Below the pieces are notes generated by a model. That model had not been told where the DNA came from. It ran no database searches and was given only the letters and a program-made list of their open reading frames with translations. Made by a program: the position numbers and the translations under genes. A stretch of 64,000 nt of DNA from Candidatus Bathyarchaeales archaeon (GTDB taxonomy: Archaea > Thermoproteota > Bathyarchaeia > Bathyarchaeales > Bathycorpusculaceae): assembly GCA_049700035.1 (NCBI GenBank), contig JBNAWC010000002.1, forward strand, positions 6,847 to 70,846. The letters are read 5' to 3'. Below, piece after piece: positions 62,696 to 64,000 of this stretch (within the stretch, counting starts at the first letter, position 1; each line of letters starts with the position of its first letter).

Positions 62696-63991
62696 ATGGA
62701 TCTAAAAGAGAAAATAAAGGAAGAATTTTCCTTCTTTAAAGGAAATTACCTTATACTCATAATCAGTTGGATTTTAATGGATTTTGCCTCAGAACTTCCT
62801 GGAACCTATTATCCAGACTATGTAATCCAGCTTGGGGGAAGCCCAACGGTTCTGGGCTTAATAACGTTTGCTTCTTTTTTAGCTCTAGCTGCAGTTCAGT
62901 TCCCAGGAGGATATTTCGCCGACAAGTATGGAAGGCGAAAACTAATCTCAACCCTAACTTTTGGAGTTGCACTTTCCTTTGTTTTCTATGCCATTGCGCC
63001 TAGTTGGCATTTTATTTTAATTGGTGCGGCCGTATCGAATATATGCTTGTTATATCAGCCTGCTTTAAATGCCATGATGGCGGATTCTGTTCCTAGGGAA
63101 AAACGGGGAATGGGATTCGCCATACTTAATTTGATAATGAGTGTTTCAACAACTCCAGCTCCAGCAGTTGCTCTGGTTCTTGTGGCTAATTTTGGCTCGC
63201 TAATGGGAATGCGAATAGCCTACACTATAGTAACTGTTTTTTATTTGGCAGCTGCAATTGTGCGCTTAAAGCTAAAGGAAAGTCTGGCAAACGCTGAAAA
63301 GCTGAATGTAAAAGAAGCTTTACGCTCCTACCCAACAGCATTAAAAGAAGGCATAAACGTTTGGAAGAAAGTGCCAAAATCGATGTTGTTTCTGTTCCTA
63401 TCCGACTTGATGATACGTTCATCTTCTGCCATGACCCAGACGCTGTTTCTTGTTTACGCCTTTAATGTGCTTCAAATAGGAGGACCACCAAATCCACAGC
63501 TGGATCCCACTTTGGATCCAGCGCTTCAACTGGCGCGTATACGTTGGGGCTATGTAATGATAACTTTGTTTATTTGCATGATTGTTTTCGCTTTTCCCTC
63601 TGGAAAACTTCTTGATAAGGTTGGGCGTAAAAAGCCATTGATTTTATCGAATATCCTAAGTATTCCAGCAGTTCTGTTTTTTGTTTTCGGGAACTACTAT
63701 ACCATTTTCGTCGCCATGCCGTTAATCGGATTTAGTATGCTTCTTGGCTTTTCAGCTTACCAAAGCCTCTTCGCTGATCTCGTCCCTCAAGCACAGCGTG
63801 GGAAAATAACTGGTTCTATGAACTTTTTTTCCTACATAGGCATGGCATTAGGTGGGGCAATCGGCGGAATCCTTTATGATAACGTTGCCCCTCAAATTCC
63901 ATTCCTTCTAATGGCAGCCTTAGCAATACCATCCACTATCATAGTGTTACGATGTGTACACGAACCAAAACCCGAAGAAAGACAAGTTTAA
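62696..63991 (+). CDS. major facilitator superfamily transporter
   Basis: About 12 hydrophobic helices and MFS motif A GGYFADKYGRRKLI. Confidence 0.85.
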   Translation: MDLKEKIKEEFSFFKGNYLILIISWILMDFASELPGTYYPDYVIQLGGSPTVLGLITFASFLALAAVQFPGGYFADKYGRRKLISTLTFGVALSFVFYAIAPSWHFILIGAAVSNICLLYQPALNAMMADSVPREKRGMGFAILNLIMSVSTTPAPAVALVLVANFGSLMGMRIAYTIVTVFYLAAAIVRLKLKESLANAEKLNVKEALRSYPTALKEGINVWKKVPKSMLFLFLSDLMIRSSSAMTQTLFLVYAFNVLQIGGPPNPQLDPTLDPALQLARIRWGYVMITLFICMIVFAFPSGKLLDKVGRKKPLILSNILSIPAVLFFVFGNYYTIFVAMPLIGFSMLLGFSAYQSLFADLVPQAQRGKITGSMNFFSYIGMALGGAIGGILYDNVAPQIPFLLMAALAIPSTIIVLRCVHEPKPEERQV

Positions 63992-64000
63992 AAGGCTATA

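Noticed and set aside
1-64000. rRNA, tRNA, CRISPR arrays, IS elements/transposases, integrases, and toxin-antitoxin or known defence systems
   Set aside because: No spacer is long or GC-rich enough for rRNA or tRNA. I noticed no tRNA-like T-arm/acceptor pairing. There is no regularly spaced direct-repeat array. No ORF has transposase, integrase, Cas or typical defence-protein motifs. A tRNAscan/Infernal/CRISPR-finder run would be needed to make this definitive.

Overview
This is a compact archaeal chromosomal segment, roughly 90% coding and moderately AT-rich. Shine-Dalgarno-like GGAGG motifs are visible, TTG/GTG starts are frequent, and many genes share stop/start overlaps (ATGA, GTGA, TGATG).

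Gene content and synteny point to a TACK/Thermoproteota-type archaeon, perhaps Bathyarchaeia-like; this is inference only. The supporting arrangements are RFC small/large, Gins23-MCM, Gins51-PriS, PriL-PCNA-TFS, L44e-S27e-aIF2alpha-Nop10-PAC2, RpoL-Csl4-METTL5-like-Dph2, and L21e-RpoF-DUF655-KsgA-Mtq2.

I support about 67 protein genes. One of them, the 55-aa Nop10 gene, is missing from the ORF track, as is a truncated phosphohexomutase gene at the left edge. I also report one weak C/D-box sRNA candidate. I saw no rRNA, tRNA, CRISPR array, transposase or integrase.

Non-core content:
- Two large secreted surface proteins, at 4.5-6.7 kb and 12.0-14.4 kb.
- An AT-rich archaeosortase/glycosyltransferase block (36.3-43.2 kb) lying between the two primase subunit genes.
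- A tightly packed translin(C3PO-like)-EndoV-HD-Trbp111 cluster (9.5-11.9 kb).
- A domain-only RNase III-like protein (46.3 kb).
- A glutamate-centred neighbourhood at 19.7-27.5 kb, the most unusual region.

The glutamate neighbourhood holds five genes. They are a 651-aa protein with an RHH N-terminus, a glutamate dehydrogenase with a ~170-aa internally duplicated N-terminal extension, a KaiC/RecA-like protein that has lost its P-loop lysine, a divergent GltS-FMN-domain protein, and a second canonical GDH. Three of its promoters carry phased copies of an ATGTWCAT box. I propose this as the best candidate for an undescribed regulatory/metabolic module. All functional calls rest on motif recognition by eye; no database search was run.
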